Of a stretch of 26,132 nucleotides of DNA, positions 1 to 9,245 are shown in pieces. The notes below the pieces were generated by a model. It was not told the DNA's origin. It saw only the letters and a program-made list of their open reading frames with translations, and made no database searches. Numbering within the stretch: position 1 is the first letter of the stretch; each line of letters opens with the position of its first letter. The translations under genes and the position numbers were made by a program. The DNA lies in NCBI GenBank assembly GCA_964619725.1, contig CAZUFC010000109.1:1-26132 (forward strand), read 5' to 3'. Source of the DNA: an uncultured bacterium. GTDB taxonomy: Bacteria; CSSED10-310; CAZUFC01.

Positions 1-54
1 ATCCGCAGTCTGACGCAGCATTGGGGGAAATTCGCCGTTTATGGACAAAAACTA
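1..54 (-). mobile_element. Partial copy (one end, cut by the window edge) of a MITE-like repeat
   Basis: Reverse complement of 1..54 matches 7385..7438 at 49/54 positions by manual alignment (TAGTTTTTGTCCATAAACGGCGAATTT...CTGCGTCAG). Confidence 0.75.
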
Positions 55-386
55 TCTATTTTATCCTCGGTCCTCTGTGCGCTGTACACGGCATTTTGAG
101 CGCCAGGAAAAAATAGGGATGGGCGGGCATTGGCAAAAAAAGCAATGGATACTCAGGGCGACAAAAAATTAACCGCGAAGCTTTACTTGTTAATTTTTGT
201 TATAAATTAATAATTGCAGATAAGCAAAGATAAGGCAGCTTATGAACGGTGGTTGACTCGGCCGGGGCTAACAAAACGGGTCGCAAAAGGAAGCTGGAGG
301 AGGATATCGGTCATGTAATCGACTTTTGAGGAGGAGGAAGTATCGGGTCAGCCGGGAATAAGAACCATCATGAAAGCGGTTGAGCA

Positions 387-731
387 ATGGCGGAAAATAT
401 TTCATATCGACCTTCGCGAACCTTGATGAAATTTCGTTTACTTCCTCGATTGAGGAGGGAGGAGGCTGTAACTGAAATTTGTCTAACCAAACTGGATGTG
501 TTAAACGTTTTTGATGATATAACCGTCACAACCGGCTGTGACGTACGGGAGAATACCATATTCAAACGAATGCCGGGATGGCGCAGCAACATCTTCTTCA
601 TTGAGAATTATGTAAAGCTATTCGTTGAATGCCGGGATTATATCGAATATATCGAAACGGAGTTGAAAGCGCCGGCTAAATATATTTCGGTCGGTCCCGG
701 ACGCCGAGAAATAATTGGGAGGGAAACTTAA
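387..731 (+). pseudogene. purA: C-terminal fragment of adenylosuccinate synthetase
   Basis: LTKLDVL, MPGW, YIEYIETEL and ISVGPGR are the PurA C-terminal GTP-binding motifs. Only about 85 homologous residues are present and no N-terminal GDEGKG region lies upstream. The stop overlaps the purM start (TAATG). Confidence 0.8.
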
Positions 732-1816
732 TGACCGGCAAAGAGGAAAGCGGATTAGACTTGAACATTCAGGACCTGTGTTCCAAAATCGCTGTCGGAC
801 ATGCATCCAGGAGTTTCAACAATCGAAGAGGAAAGATCGGAGCGCCGCTGCTGGAAAAAGGCGAGCATTTTGCGAGCATTCTTGATTTCGGCAGTCATTA
901 TCTTGTCGTATCATCCGACGGTATCGGCACGAAGATTGAAATAGCGGAAAGAACGGGCAAATACGATTCGCTGGGATTCGATCTGACGGCTATGGCGGTC
1001 GACGATCTTGCAGCGGTGGCGGCTGAGCCTGTTGGAATTTCCAATATTATCGACGTGGATTTTCTGGATCGGAGGATCATTGATCAGCTCATGGCGGGAC
1101 TTGAGCGGGCCGCTGAAGCGGCGAAGATCGTAATCGCCGGCGGTGAAATAGCGGAGGTCGGAGATCGGATCGGCGGCTACGGAACCGGCATGCATTTCAA
1201 CTGGTGCGCCACCGCTTTCGGAGTAATGACTAAGCCTGCGAATCCGGTCACTGGCGATGGAATAACCGTCGGAGATACTGTTATCAGCATGCGAAGCAAA
1301 GGTTTCAGAAGCAACGGGTTTTCCCTGATACGGAAAATCATGAAAAATCGTTTCGGCCAAGAATGGCATCAGGCACCCTGGAAAAATGATAAAACGTTTG
1401 GAGAAGTCCTCCTGGAGCCTTCGCTCATATATTCTCCCGCCGTGGTTCATGCGATAGCGAACGACATACGATTCAAGGGTATAGCGCACGTAACCGGCGG
1501 CGGAATCATCGGCAATCTGAAACGATTACTGCAAATTAACGGTCTGGGAGCAGACCTGTTCGATCTGTTCGAACCGCATGACTTCGTGCGCGACGTTCAG
1601 AGATTAGGTGAAATCGATGAAGCGCGCGCCTATGAATACTGGAACATGGGTAACGGGATGCTGTTGATCGTTGATGAGGATGACTCGGGCCGCCTATTAT
1701 CGTCGGCATCGGAATTGGGTTATGAGGCAAAGACTGCCGGTCGAATCATATCGGAATCCCGGGTAACTCTGAACAGCAAGGGGGCCGAACCTCAACATTT
1801 GATCTTTAATATATGA
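731..1816 (+). CDS. purM: Phosphoribosylformylglycinamidine cyclo-ligase (AIR synthetase)
   Basis: SSDGIGTK, AMAVDD, GGEIAE, GFRSNGFSL, AHVTGGG and WNMGNG motifs; 361 aa; adjacent to the purA remnant. Confidence 0.92.
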   Translation: MTGKEESGLDLNIQDLCSKIAVGHASRSFNNRRGKIGAPLLEKGEHFASILDFGSHYLVVSSDGIGTKIEIAERTGKYDSLGFDLTAMAVDDLAAVAAEPVGISNIIDVDFLDRRIIDQLMAGLERAAEAAKIVIAGGEIAEVGDRIGGYGTGMHFNWCATAFGVMTKPANPVTGDGITVGDTVISMRSKGFRSNGFSLIRKIMKNRFGQEWHQAPWKNDKTFGEVLLEPSLIYSPAVVHAIANDIRFKGIAHVTGGGIIGNLKRLLQINGLGADLFDLFEPHDFVRDVQRLGEIDEARAYEYWNMGNGMLLIVDEDDSGRLLSSASELGYEAKTAGRIISESRVTLNSKGAEPQHLIFNI

Positions 1817-2065
1817 ATGCTGCCTTTGCCTGTATCCGCTACCGGATTCGATATCATAACAGGCACAAAAATATTCTGACCGTCGCAACCCGCAATGAAA
1901 AATTTTTCGTCTGAACGATGATTTACTCAAAAAAATCAACGACGTGAAAAAACAAAAGGCTGAATTGCCCGGAATGATTCCTTTGTCCGCTTTAAAAGAC
2001 AAGGAGTTACCTAAAATCGAATAAGAATCCAAGAAGCTGTTTGTTTTCGCTCACGCAGCCGCATT

Positions 2066-3406
2066 CTAATCCTTTGAACATTCAACATTTATCCTGATTA
2101 ACCGGCCGCTTTCGGCATCAAGATACCAGCCGGCGTTCGGATATTTTCCGATCAGGAGATTCCTCCGTTTATCCTCCAGCGGAAAACGGGGGAAATGGAC
2201 CTTTAAAGGTCCGTCATCATGTTTCTCCGCAAGCTGATAAATATTCTGGTATACTTTCTGGTATTTGCCGTATCCGGAGTATGTTTCGTAAGCGCCCCAA
2301 AGTATGGGAATCATCAGAATAAGCATGAGGTATCGCTTTCCCCGGAGAGCAAGCAACACTATAAAAAAAGTAACAGGTATAAGATAAAGGCGTCCGGCGA
2401 AAGCTGCAGCATGAATCACCGACTCACCCCGGTATTCCAGCATACCCCAATAAAGGATTACGCAGAGGAACATCATGATCGTAACGCCGACGATATTGCC
2501 TGTTTTTTTCAGACAAAAGAGGGAAAACAGAGTAAAAAAGAAGCCGGTTATTTCCGCCCCCTTACGGGACAGGTTTTGAAACCAGAAACTTTCGAACCAG
2601 GCAGCAGCGGTCGGTATGAATGAGCCTGCAGAAAAACCGTGAAGGTCCTGCTGCGATCCCAAAGGTATACTCGCTTGCCTGGCGGTGAAATAGGCCAGGC
2701 CGAAACAGGCGGTAACGGCGACGGAAATGACGAATTCCCGGCGTTCGACGAAACCATTGACTTTCCAGATTATCAGGAGCGGAACGGCCAGAAGCGCTGT
2801 CTCCTTGCAGAAAAAGCCCATCCCCATGAGCGCACCTGCAATAATATAATTTTTCTTTTCAAGCATAAAAAATCCCGCACCGATCAAAAATAAGACCGCA
2901 GCATCAAACATACAGGCTCCCCAACCCGCCGTAATGAAGGCAGCGCCGGAAAACAGAAAAAGCGCGACGAACATCAGCATTATTAATTTGTCATCGCTGC
3001 GTCTGCGAATAATCGAACAGAAAAAAGCGAGACTTCCCAGAAGCAAACTGATATTGACCCAGCGCAGGAGATGCCAGGCCCAATCATAGGAAGGCGACCA
3101 GCGGGCGATAAAAACGGCGACGGTAATGACCAGGGGCCGGTAAACGCCGTAAACCGGGTTAAACCAGTAATGAAAAACTGATTGCAAAAATGGTTCACTC
3201 GAATAACGAAACAGCAGCAACCCGTTCGTTTCATCCAGTACATCAGCGATCATGAGCCGCCGGCAGAGATAAAGCCAGACAGTTATAAGCAGAAATATAA
3301 CAACCGAAGTCCGACTGAATTTTGACTCTATTCTTTTAATCAATTTAAATTCAATGATTCCCGGAGAAGTATCCGGCAGGCTGCAGGAAATCGATGCCCA
3401 AGTCAA
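2066..3406 (-). CDS. Polytopic membrane protein, GT-C fold glycosyltransferase-like (PMT/ArnT-like); start uncertain
   Basis: About 10 hydrophobic segments, an early loop with YRPL, a KETALL motif after a TM helix, and a short soluble C-terminal domain. Confidence 0.6.
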   Translation of the reverse strand: MTWASISCSLPDTSPGIIEFKLIKRIESKFSRTSVVIFLLITVWLYLCRRLMIADVLDETNGLLLFRYSSEPFLQSVFHYWFNPVYGVYRPLVITVAVFIARWSPSYDWAWHLLRWVNISLLLGSLAFFCSIIRRRSDDKLIMLMFVALFLFSGAAFITAGWGACMFDAAVLFLIGAGFFMLEKKNYIIAGALMGMGFFCKETALLAVPLLIIWKVNGFVERREFVISVAVTACFGLAYFTARQASIPLGSQQDLHGFSAGSFIPTAAAWFESFWFQNLSRKGAEITGFFFTLFSLFCLKKTGNIVGVTIMMFLCVILYWGMLEYRGESVIHAAAFAGRLYLIPVTFFIVLLALRGKRYLMLILMIPILWGAYETYSGYGKYQKVYQNIYQLAEKHDDGPLKVHFPRFPLEDKRRNLLIGKYPNAGWYLDAESGRLIRINVECSKD

Positions 3407-3514
3407 TTATGAACAGAGAAAAACAGAAGCAACTGAGGTTAGAGCTTCTGTAATGTGAAACGCCATATTGCATGAATCTTTTAATTACAATAAAGATCAG
3501 CGGTGCCGGTCCGA

Positions 3515-3880
3515 TCAGAAAAGATATCGCCAGGGGATAAGAAAGGGCCATAGCGCCACGATGCCGATAAATATAACGGTCATTTTACGCGGTATTGAAT
3601 CGAATTCTCCTTTTGCTATGCCGGGAAATGCATAAACGATCAGCCAAATCATCTTGTAAATCATCTGGTGCAGCAGAACGGGGCTGTAACGAAGGGGATG
3701 AAACAGACCTAACACGGACAGCACGGCAATGCCGCACCACAAAGACCCAGCCATTATGCGCCAGCCGGGACTCTCCGGGAATCGTCCTTCGTCGGTCGGG
3801 AAGAATCGGAATACAGTCGAAAGTCCGATTGGTACAAGGATAACAATGTTTATGATGTAAGCAATATGCACCGGCTCCAT
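3515..3880 (-). CDS. Small integral membrane protein (121 aa, about 4 TM), function unknown
   Basis: Strong RBS AAGGAGG just upstream of the ATG at 3880 (MEPVHIAY...), so the start is reassigned from 3994; hydrophobic helices throughout. Confidence 0.8.
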   Translation of the reverse strand: MEPVHIAYIINIVILVPIGLSTVFRFFPTDEGRFPESPGWRIMAGSLWCGIAVLSVLGLFHPLRYSPVLLHQMIYKMIWLIVYAFPGIAKGEFDSIPRKMTVIFIGIVALWPFLIPWRYLF

Positions 3881-4196
3881 TTTTATTCCTCCTTTTGAAT
3901 AAGACTGAAAGTCATTGAATTTTTTACGCCGGGTCAACCGGAAATGATGACCTGATTTCCTCCGCCCGGCGATTAAGTCTGTAAATACAACCAAGATCGG
4001 TCTTTAGGGCAATGTTCCTATCTCGGTTCCTGAATCCCTCTTGAAAGAATTCCGCTTCGACCGTTGAAGCGAGGTTGCCGTTGATCCTGACTGCTCTCTC
4101 CTGCATTACCCTTTCTATCCAGAAAATATCAGGCTTGCCGGACTATTGCAACCGAAACAAAAGCCTTTCCTGCAATGACGGATGGCGAAGACAAAC

Positions 4197-4225
4197 TACT
4201 TTTTGTCCATGAACGGCGAATTTCC
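4197..4225 (+). repeat. Isolated terminal inverted repeat of the MITE-like element
   Basis: TACTTTTTGTCCATGAACGGCGAATTTCC is 27/29 identical to the end of the copy at 1..54; no partner end is visible downstream. Confidence 0.7.
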
Positions 4226-4422
4226 TACCGATGGGGAGACTGATACGCTTGTGCCGAGACGAGAGGCGCTTGAAGTCTCAGCATTAGTTCGGAGTTTTCA
4301 TATAAAACCTGTTACGAATTCATATCCCCGGAGTTTAAGCATGCTTTAAACAGCCGAATATGCAGTAATTGTAACCTCAAGATTCTCTTCTTCGACCAAT
4401 ACCGACAATCCCTCGTTCAATT

Positions 4423-4449
4423 TTGACTTCGAACCTCTGATGCCATAAT
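4423..4449 (+). promoter_or_regulatory. Candidate sigma70 promoter with extended -10
   Basis: TTGACT (4423-4428), 15-bp spacer, TGc-CATAAT (4441-4449), upstream of RBS AAGGAG and ATG 4493. The spacer is short. Confidence 0.35.
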
Positions 4450-4492
4450 AACAAGAAGGGGCGAAGTCGTTCGCGAAAGGAGCCTGTTCAGC

Positions 4493-4959
4493 ATGAAAAA
4501 AACCGCTTTTTATTTTCACATAATTTTACTGGCGTTAACGGTAATGATATTTTCCATTTTTTCCTCACTATGTTCCAGGTCATTTGCGACCGGGAACATG
4601 TAGTGATTAACGCCGCTCACTGGCTGGCCGGACTGGGACAGGAAGCCCCGACGCCGACTGCCGCCGCAACGCCTACCAATACGCCCACCAATGTCCCCTC
4701 TTCAACCCCGACTGACACGCCTTCTAAAACACCAACCGAACAACCTACATCCACACTAACGCCGACAAACGTTCCCACTGATACACCGACAGCTCAACCG
4801 ACTGATACGACCACTTTTACGCCGACTCTACCCTCTACTCCCTCGCCTACGCCTACGTCATCTCTACCCCCGATACCCGCTCTTCATGCTTACGGCATAA
4901 CTCTATTGATTGCTTTATTCGGCTTCGCCTTGTCTGGCGCATTAAAACGTAAAAAATAG
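4493..4959 (+). pseudogene. Remnant of a surface protein: signal peptide, frame change, Pro/Thr linker, IPTL-CTERM-like anchor; passenger domain missing
   Basis: RBS + ATG 4493 reads MKKTAFYFHIILLALTVMIFSIFSSLCSRSFATGNM then TAG (4601-4603). A different frame (4570..4959) gives VINAAHWLAG, a PT linker and IPALHAYG-TM-KRKK. Confidence 0.7.
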
Positions 4960-5094
4960 CGCATCCAGAACCGCCCGACGAAAATCATCATCCGAATTAT
5001 ATGACATTCCGGATTTTTGATGGTAATAAAACAAGCGGCCGAATGATTTTCCTCGCTGAGGCATCAGGCAAAACATCTTCAAAAGGGGTTGGCT

Positions 5095-7239
5095 ATGCAA
5101 CGATTTCATTTGTGGCTCTTGCCGGCGATATTTTTTATTTTTCAGATGTATTTAATAACGACGCATGCCGAATATATTTCTTTCAACGACGGTACTTCAG
5201 AAAGCCTCACCTGGGATATTGATCATATCGACCGGGGAATGCGGATTACAGTTAATTTTCCGGGAGTTGAAATTCGCTCGATATCTCGTGATGGACATGA
5301 ATTCGAACAATTGGAAATAATGGGTTGCGGATTAAAGGGCAAAACCGGCGCTCCCTATTTGCCTTTCAGGGGGTTGTTTGTCGAAGTTCCCGGGGGAGTT
5401 GATGTACGGGTTGAAGCTCATGAAAAGGATTCTTCGGTAAGGCTTCCGGGATACCGTAAAATTTACCCGGCGCAGCCGCCCCAGCCTGATTGCGGAACGA
5501 AAGACTCGCCTCCCGAATTTTATTTTTCCGAAACATTATACAACTCGGATATAAAACTCCCTGAATCACTGGTGCAAATAACGGGGGACGGTTATATCCG
5601 GGGCCGCAGGGTCCTTTTTTTGGAAATAACGCCTGTACAATATAATCCGGCGAAGGGTATCGTAGAGGGCTTTCCGGGACTGGAATTCGAGCTTATTTAT
5701 TCCGGCGAGGCCGATCCTGTGTATGAAGAGAAGAAACGAAGGCTGGCTGCCGGGCCTTTTGAACGGCTTGCCGGTTCGGTAATCGCCAATTATGAACCTG
5801 TCGAACCGACCCGGATCAAGGGAGATCGTGACGGAGCGGAATACCTGATCATCACCCATGATGCTTTTGCGGATGAACTGCAACCGTTGGCGGAATGGAA
5901 AACATTAAAAGGGTGGGAGGCGACGGTGACGACTTTGACGGAGATAGGAGGTTCCACGCCGGCTGACATACAGAATTATTTACAGAATGCCTATGATACC
6001 TGGACACCGGCGCCGGTATTCGTCCTTTTAGTCGGCGATGTGGAACAGATGCCGTCTAATTTCGATTCGTATGATCTGACCGACCTGCCTTATTCCTGCC
6101 TGGACGGCGGGGATGATTTTGCAGACGTTTTTCTGGGTCGTTTAAGCATCCAGACTGAAAACAAATGCACAACCGTCGTGGACAAGATACTCCAATTCGA
6201 TCGGACGCCGGAAATAGCAGACTGGTATAACAGCGCATTATGCGCGGCTTATCTTCAGGATACTTATTCACCCTATTGCGAGGCCGACCGGTGGTTTTTC
6301 GAGACTGCAACCCATGTCATGGAATACCTGGAGAACGTTCAGGGGATGAACATGTACACATCGTACTGCACAAACGCAAGCGGCTGCGACACTTATCATT
6401 TCCGTTCCGACAGCTTTCCCCACCGTTTTAACTGGCCCGATCCCATTCCTCAGAACCTGGTCGACCTGATCACGCCGGCATCCCAGGCGACCAGCGACAT
6501 ATCCTGGCAAACGGATGAACCCGCCGACACCGTTCTGACCTGGGGCGAGGCTTCTCCTCCCGTAAATACGGAAACAGAAGATGAACTGACGACTGAACAC
6601 AGCATAACGCTCAGCGGACTCAATGACTGCACGAAATATTATTTCAAAGTCTCCTCGACCGATGCTTACGATAATGAAGCTGCGGACGATCAGGGCGGTT
6701 CCTTTTATTTCTTCAAGACGTATGAGGTTATGACGCTGTTCGAGGAAAACATGGACTCGGACCCGGAGTGGTCGCTTTCCTGCGGTTTGTGGTGGTTTGG
6801 CCGGCCCGCAGGTCTGGGCGGCTACTACGGCGGACCCGACCCGGACGACGGCGATATGACCGGCACGGCTGCTGCCGGAGATAAATACGCTGTAAACAGT
6901 TTAAATCTGATTATTACGGCTGATGCGACAGGAATGTCTGCCGGAGAATACCACGAAGCCATAATAAAGGTTACGGAAAACAACAGCGATTTCAACATAC
7001 CCGTCTCCATATCAGTAACCGATCAACCTACGCCGACGTCCGAACCGACGGTTACGCCGAGTCAAACGCCGACGGTTACGCCGAACGTGACGCCCACAGA
7101 TATCTCAACATATACGCCGACCAATACGCCCACCCACGCGCCGATACCCGCCAATGGTACAGTGGGAGCCGGAATATTGCTGATTTTGTCTACAGCCGTT
7201 TTGATCCTTTTTAGAAATGCTGATGCGCCGGCGCAATAA
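5095..7239 (+). CDS. Gingipain-like peptidase C25 protein (propeptide + N-terminal part of the catalytic domain + FN3-like + Ig-like + PT linker + IPTL-CTERM-like anchor), apparently internally deleted and inactive
   Basis: Propeptide motifs (GAPYLP, PAQPP, PVQYNP) and C25 motifs (YLIIT, LAEWK..KG, FVLLVGD, DLPY, DVFLGRLS); FN3-like WQTDEPAD...HSITLSGL...YYFKVSS. No His-Gly anywhere in the ORF. ATG 5095 follows AAGGGG. Confidence 0.8.
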   Translation: MQRFHLWLLPAIFFIFQMYLITTHAEYISFNDGTSESLTWDIDHIDRGMRITVNFPGVEIRSISRDGHEFEQLEIMGCGLKGKTGAPYLPFRGLFVEVPGGVDVRVEAHEKDSSVRLPGYRKIYPAQPPQPDCGTKDSPPEFYFSETLYNSDIKLPESLVQITGDGYIRGRRVLFLEITPVQYNPAKGIVEGFPGLEFELIYSGEADPVYEEKKRRLAAGPFERLAGSVIANYEPVEPTRIKGDRDGAEYLIITHDAFADELQPLAEWKTLKGWEATVTTLTEIGGSTPADIQNYLQNAYDTWTPAPVFVLLVGDVEQMPSNFDSYDLTDLPYSCLDGGDDFADVFLGRLSIQTENKCTTVVDKILQFDRTPEIADWYNSALCAAYLQDTYSPYCEADRWFFETATHVMEYLENVQGMNMYTSYCTNASGCDTYHFRSDSFPHRFNWPDPIPQNLVDLITPASQATSDISWQTDEPADTVLTWGEASPPVNTETEDELTTEHSITLSGLNDCTKYYFKVSSTDAYDNEAADDQGGSFYFFKTYEVMTLFEENMDSDPEWSLSCGLWWFGRPAGLGGYYGGPDPDDGDMTGTAAAGDKYAVNSLNLIITADATGMSAGEYHEAIIKVTENNSDFNIPVSISVTDQPTPTSEPTVTPSQTPTVTPNVTPTDISTYTPTNTPTHAPIPANGTVGAGILLILSTAVLILFRNADAPAQ

Positions 7240-7384
7240 AACTTTTCTGGGACTGATCAAATGAGGGTTACATGTTGATCCTGCAAAAAATCGGCGTAAC
7301 AACTCCCCCTTAGCAAAGAGCGTTGATTTAATCGAAATTCGATGCGAATCATGGGGATAAGAAAAGATTATGAGAGATGATACC

Positions 7385-7531
7385 TAGTTTTTGTCCATAA
7401 ACGGCGAATTTTTCCCAATACTGCGTCAGTCTTCGGATTTGCTCAGTCAAAGTATAAGCGCCGCCCCTGCCTCGCAAATCCTTACCATCCTTGTCTTAAG
7501 AAAAATTCGCTCGTTTATGGATCAAAAACCG
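7385..7531 (+). mobile_element. MITE-like non-autonomous element, about 147 bp
   Basis: Left TIR TAGTTTTTGTCCATAAACGGCGAATTTTT; right TIR AAAAATTCGCtCGTTTATGGAtCAAAAAC (7501-7529, two 1-nt insertions); internal 8-bp inverted repeat GGATTTGC/GCAAATCC (7435-7442/7474-7481); no coding capacity; further copies at 1..54 and 4197..4225. Confidence 0.75.
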
Positions 7532-7532
7532 C

Positions 7533-7588
7533 AGTGACTGTCCAGCATTAAATTTTGAATCGAGATTCGAGTTTATGGACAGGCACTA
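7533..7588. repeat. Short palindromic element related to the MITE ends
   Basis: AGTGACTGTCCA (7533-7544) pairs with TGGACAGGCACT (7576-7587). Its right end GTTTATGGACAGGCACTA resembles the MITE TIR GTTTATGGACAAAAACTA. Confidence 0.6.
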
Positions 7589-7791
7589 CCTAATGATTTT
7601 GAAGCGCTTCAATTTTCTATTAAATCAACGGACCCTCTAGCGGCACATGTATTAGGACAAGCTGCTTTTTCATTTTTTTCAATATGTTGTCTTCTGCATC
7701 GTTGTCGGCCAAGCTGTCGTCGTTAGCGGGATATCTCGTGAAATCACCATCATTTACACTTCACCTGAATTTTTAACATCATCTTTAAATT

Positions 7792-7819
7792 CGACAACGA
7801 CAACGATCACGACAACGAC
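7792..7819 (+). repeat. Hexamer tandem repeat (CGACAA)n
   Basis: CGACAA CGACAA CGATCA CGACAA CGAC, with degenerate complementary words (TCGTTGTCG, TGTCGTCGTT) at about 7699-7724. Confidence 0.65.
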
Positions 7820-7953
7820 TCGGCGGATACTTATGCTGCATCACTGGATGTTTCAAGACTCTCCGGTTTAAAGTGTTCGCTCTTTCCTAACACTTGACAT
7901 GGAGATGAATATGGGCAACTCTATTCCTGTGTCGTGATTTCAGAGGAGGAGAC

Positions 7954-9231
7954 ATGTTCAGGTTTCCGTTGGAACATTGGGGATTCAAGGCATTAAACGG
8001 ACGACTTCATTTGGGCAGATACGATTTGACGGCATTGGCGGACCGTGAGGGGACTCCTTTTTATCTGTTTGACGAACAGCGGTTGAAGACTAACATACAT
8101 AAGGCTCATGATGCCTTGCGCGACTATGGTGTAAAAAGCCGGATGTATTATTCGATGAAGACCAACAGTCATTCGGGAGTTTTGCGGATCGTCAGGGATG
8201 AGGGATTGAGCGTTGAGGTCATATCATCGGTGGAGATGGAGCGAGGAATTCAGGCGGGATTCTCTTTGCAGGATATGATCCTTAACGGTCCTGGGAAGAC
8301 GGATTCAGAACTTGAAACAGCAGCTTCGGCAGGGGCTTTGATCCATGTGGAATCCCTGAGTGAGGCTGAATCGCTGGTGCACATAGCGGATGATATAAAA
8401 AAGGCGGTTTTTGCCGGCGTGCGAATCAATCCGGATATATATGAAGAAAGGGCTTTGAAGACGTTGAGGATGGGTGCCGGGATATTCGGCATGGCCCCTG
8501 AGAGCGAGGAATTCAAAACCGTCGTTCAACTTTTCAAAAAAAATAAATACGTTCGTTTTAAATCTCTTTCGGCTCATATCGGCACAGGAATAATCAGCGT
8601 GGAGCCTTATCAAAGGCTTATTTCTAAACTTTTAAAAATACGAAATAAACTTCAAAAACAAAACGTCGATATTTCACTGATAGACATCGGCGGAGGATTC
8701 TCCGTGGCGTCTGAAGTGAGATATTCGCAGAGCCGGTTTGATGAGTTGGTCAGCGAAGCCGGCGATGTTCCGTCACCGGATGAAATAGAGACATTCGACG
8801 ACATCTGTAAGGCTATAGCTGAGGTACTGCCGCAGGAACAGCCGCCTATAATCGTAATGGAGCCGGGCCGGTCGCTGGTTTCCGATTCTTTTCATCTGCT
8901 GACCCGCGTGGTCAGAATAAAAGAACACAAAGGCGAAAAGATCGCCGTGGTCGATGCAGGACGGGTTCAGAACGCGCTGTTCGTCGGCCGGGGTTATCAT
9001 GAGTTCATTCATGCCGGCGATCCCCTGGGGGCTAAAAAAGAAAATTATACCATTGCGGGACCTTTGTGCGCTGAATTGGATATATATGCAAGGTCCAAAA
9101 ATATGCCTGAGTTGAAGGAAGGCGATGTTATTCTGATAGCCGACGTCGGGGCTTATAACCTGTCCGCTCAGTCACAGTGGTCGCATAAACCGGCTCAGGT
9201 AAAGCCGATATCCGATTATTCCGAACCTTAA
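7954..9231 (+). CDS. PLP-dependent fold-type III decarboxylase (diaminopimelate decarboxylase/LysA-like, atypical substrate motifs)
   Basis: YSMKTN (PLP lysine), NGPGK, VRINP, HIGTG, DIGGG, EPGRSLV, GPLCAELD and GAY motifs; RBS GAGGAG. Confidence 0.88.
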   Translation: MFRFPLEHWGFKALNGRLHLGRYDLTALADREGTPFYLFDEQRLKTNIHKAHDALRDYGVKSRMYYSMKTNSHSGVLRIVRDEGLSVEVISSVEMERGIQAGFSLQDMILNGPGKTDSELETAASAGALIHVESLSEAESLVHIADDIKKAVFAGVRINPDIYEERALKTLRMGAGIFGMAPESEEFKTVVQLFKKNKYVRFKSLSAHIGTGIISVEPYQRLISKLLKIRNKLQKQNVDISLIDIGGGFSVASEVRYSQSRFDELVSEAGDVPSPDEIETFDDICKAIAEVLPQEQPPIIVMEPGRSLVSDSFHLLTRVVRIKEHKGEKIAVVDAGRVQNALFVGRGYHEFIHAGDPLGAKKENYTIAGPLCAELDIYARSKNMPELKEGDVILIADVGAYNLSAQSQWSHKPAQVKPISDYSEP

Positions 9232-9245
9232 ATATCCTTTTTGAA

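Noticed and set aside
255-330. GANKTGRKRK reading resembling the PurA GATTGR.RR motif
   Set aside because: It lies about 70 codons from LTKLDVL instead of about 30, lacks the following GW.D, and is bounded by stops; likely chance.
1895-2024. Protein-like 41-codon stretch KIFRLNDDLLKK...PKIE after purM
   Set aside because: The ATG at 1895 is out of frame by one A, there is no RBS and no recognisable family; it cannot be supported as a gene.
3924-4106. 60-aa minus-strand ORF next to the lone MITE end
   Set aside because: Could be a gene relic, but it has no recognisable motif.
7894-7927. TTGACA upstream of the decarboxylase as a sigma70 promoter
   Set aside because: No acceptable -10 hexamer at 16-18 bp spacing.
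7954-9231. Assigning the symbol lysA
   Set aside because: Fold motifs fit, but the substrate-specificity motifs deviate and the context is not lysine biosynthesis.
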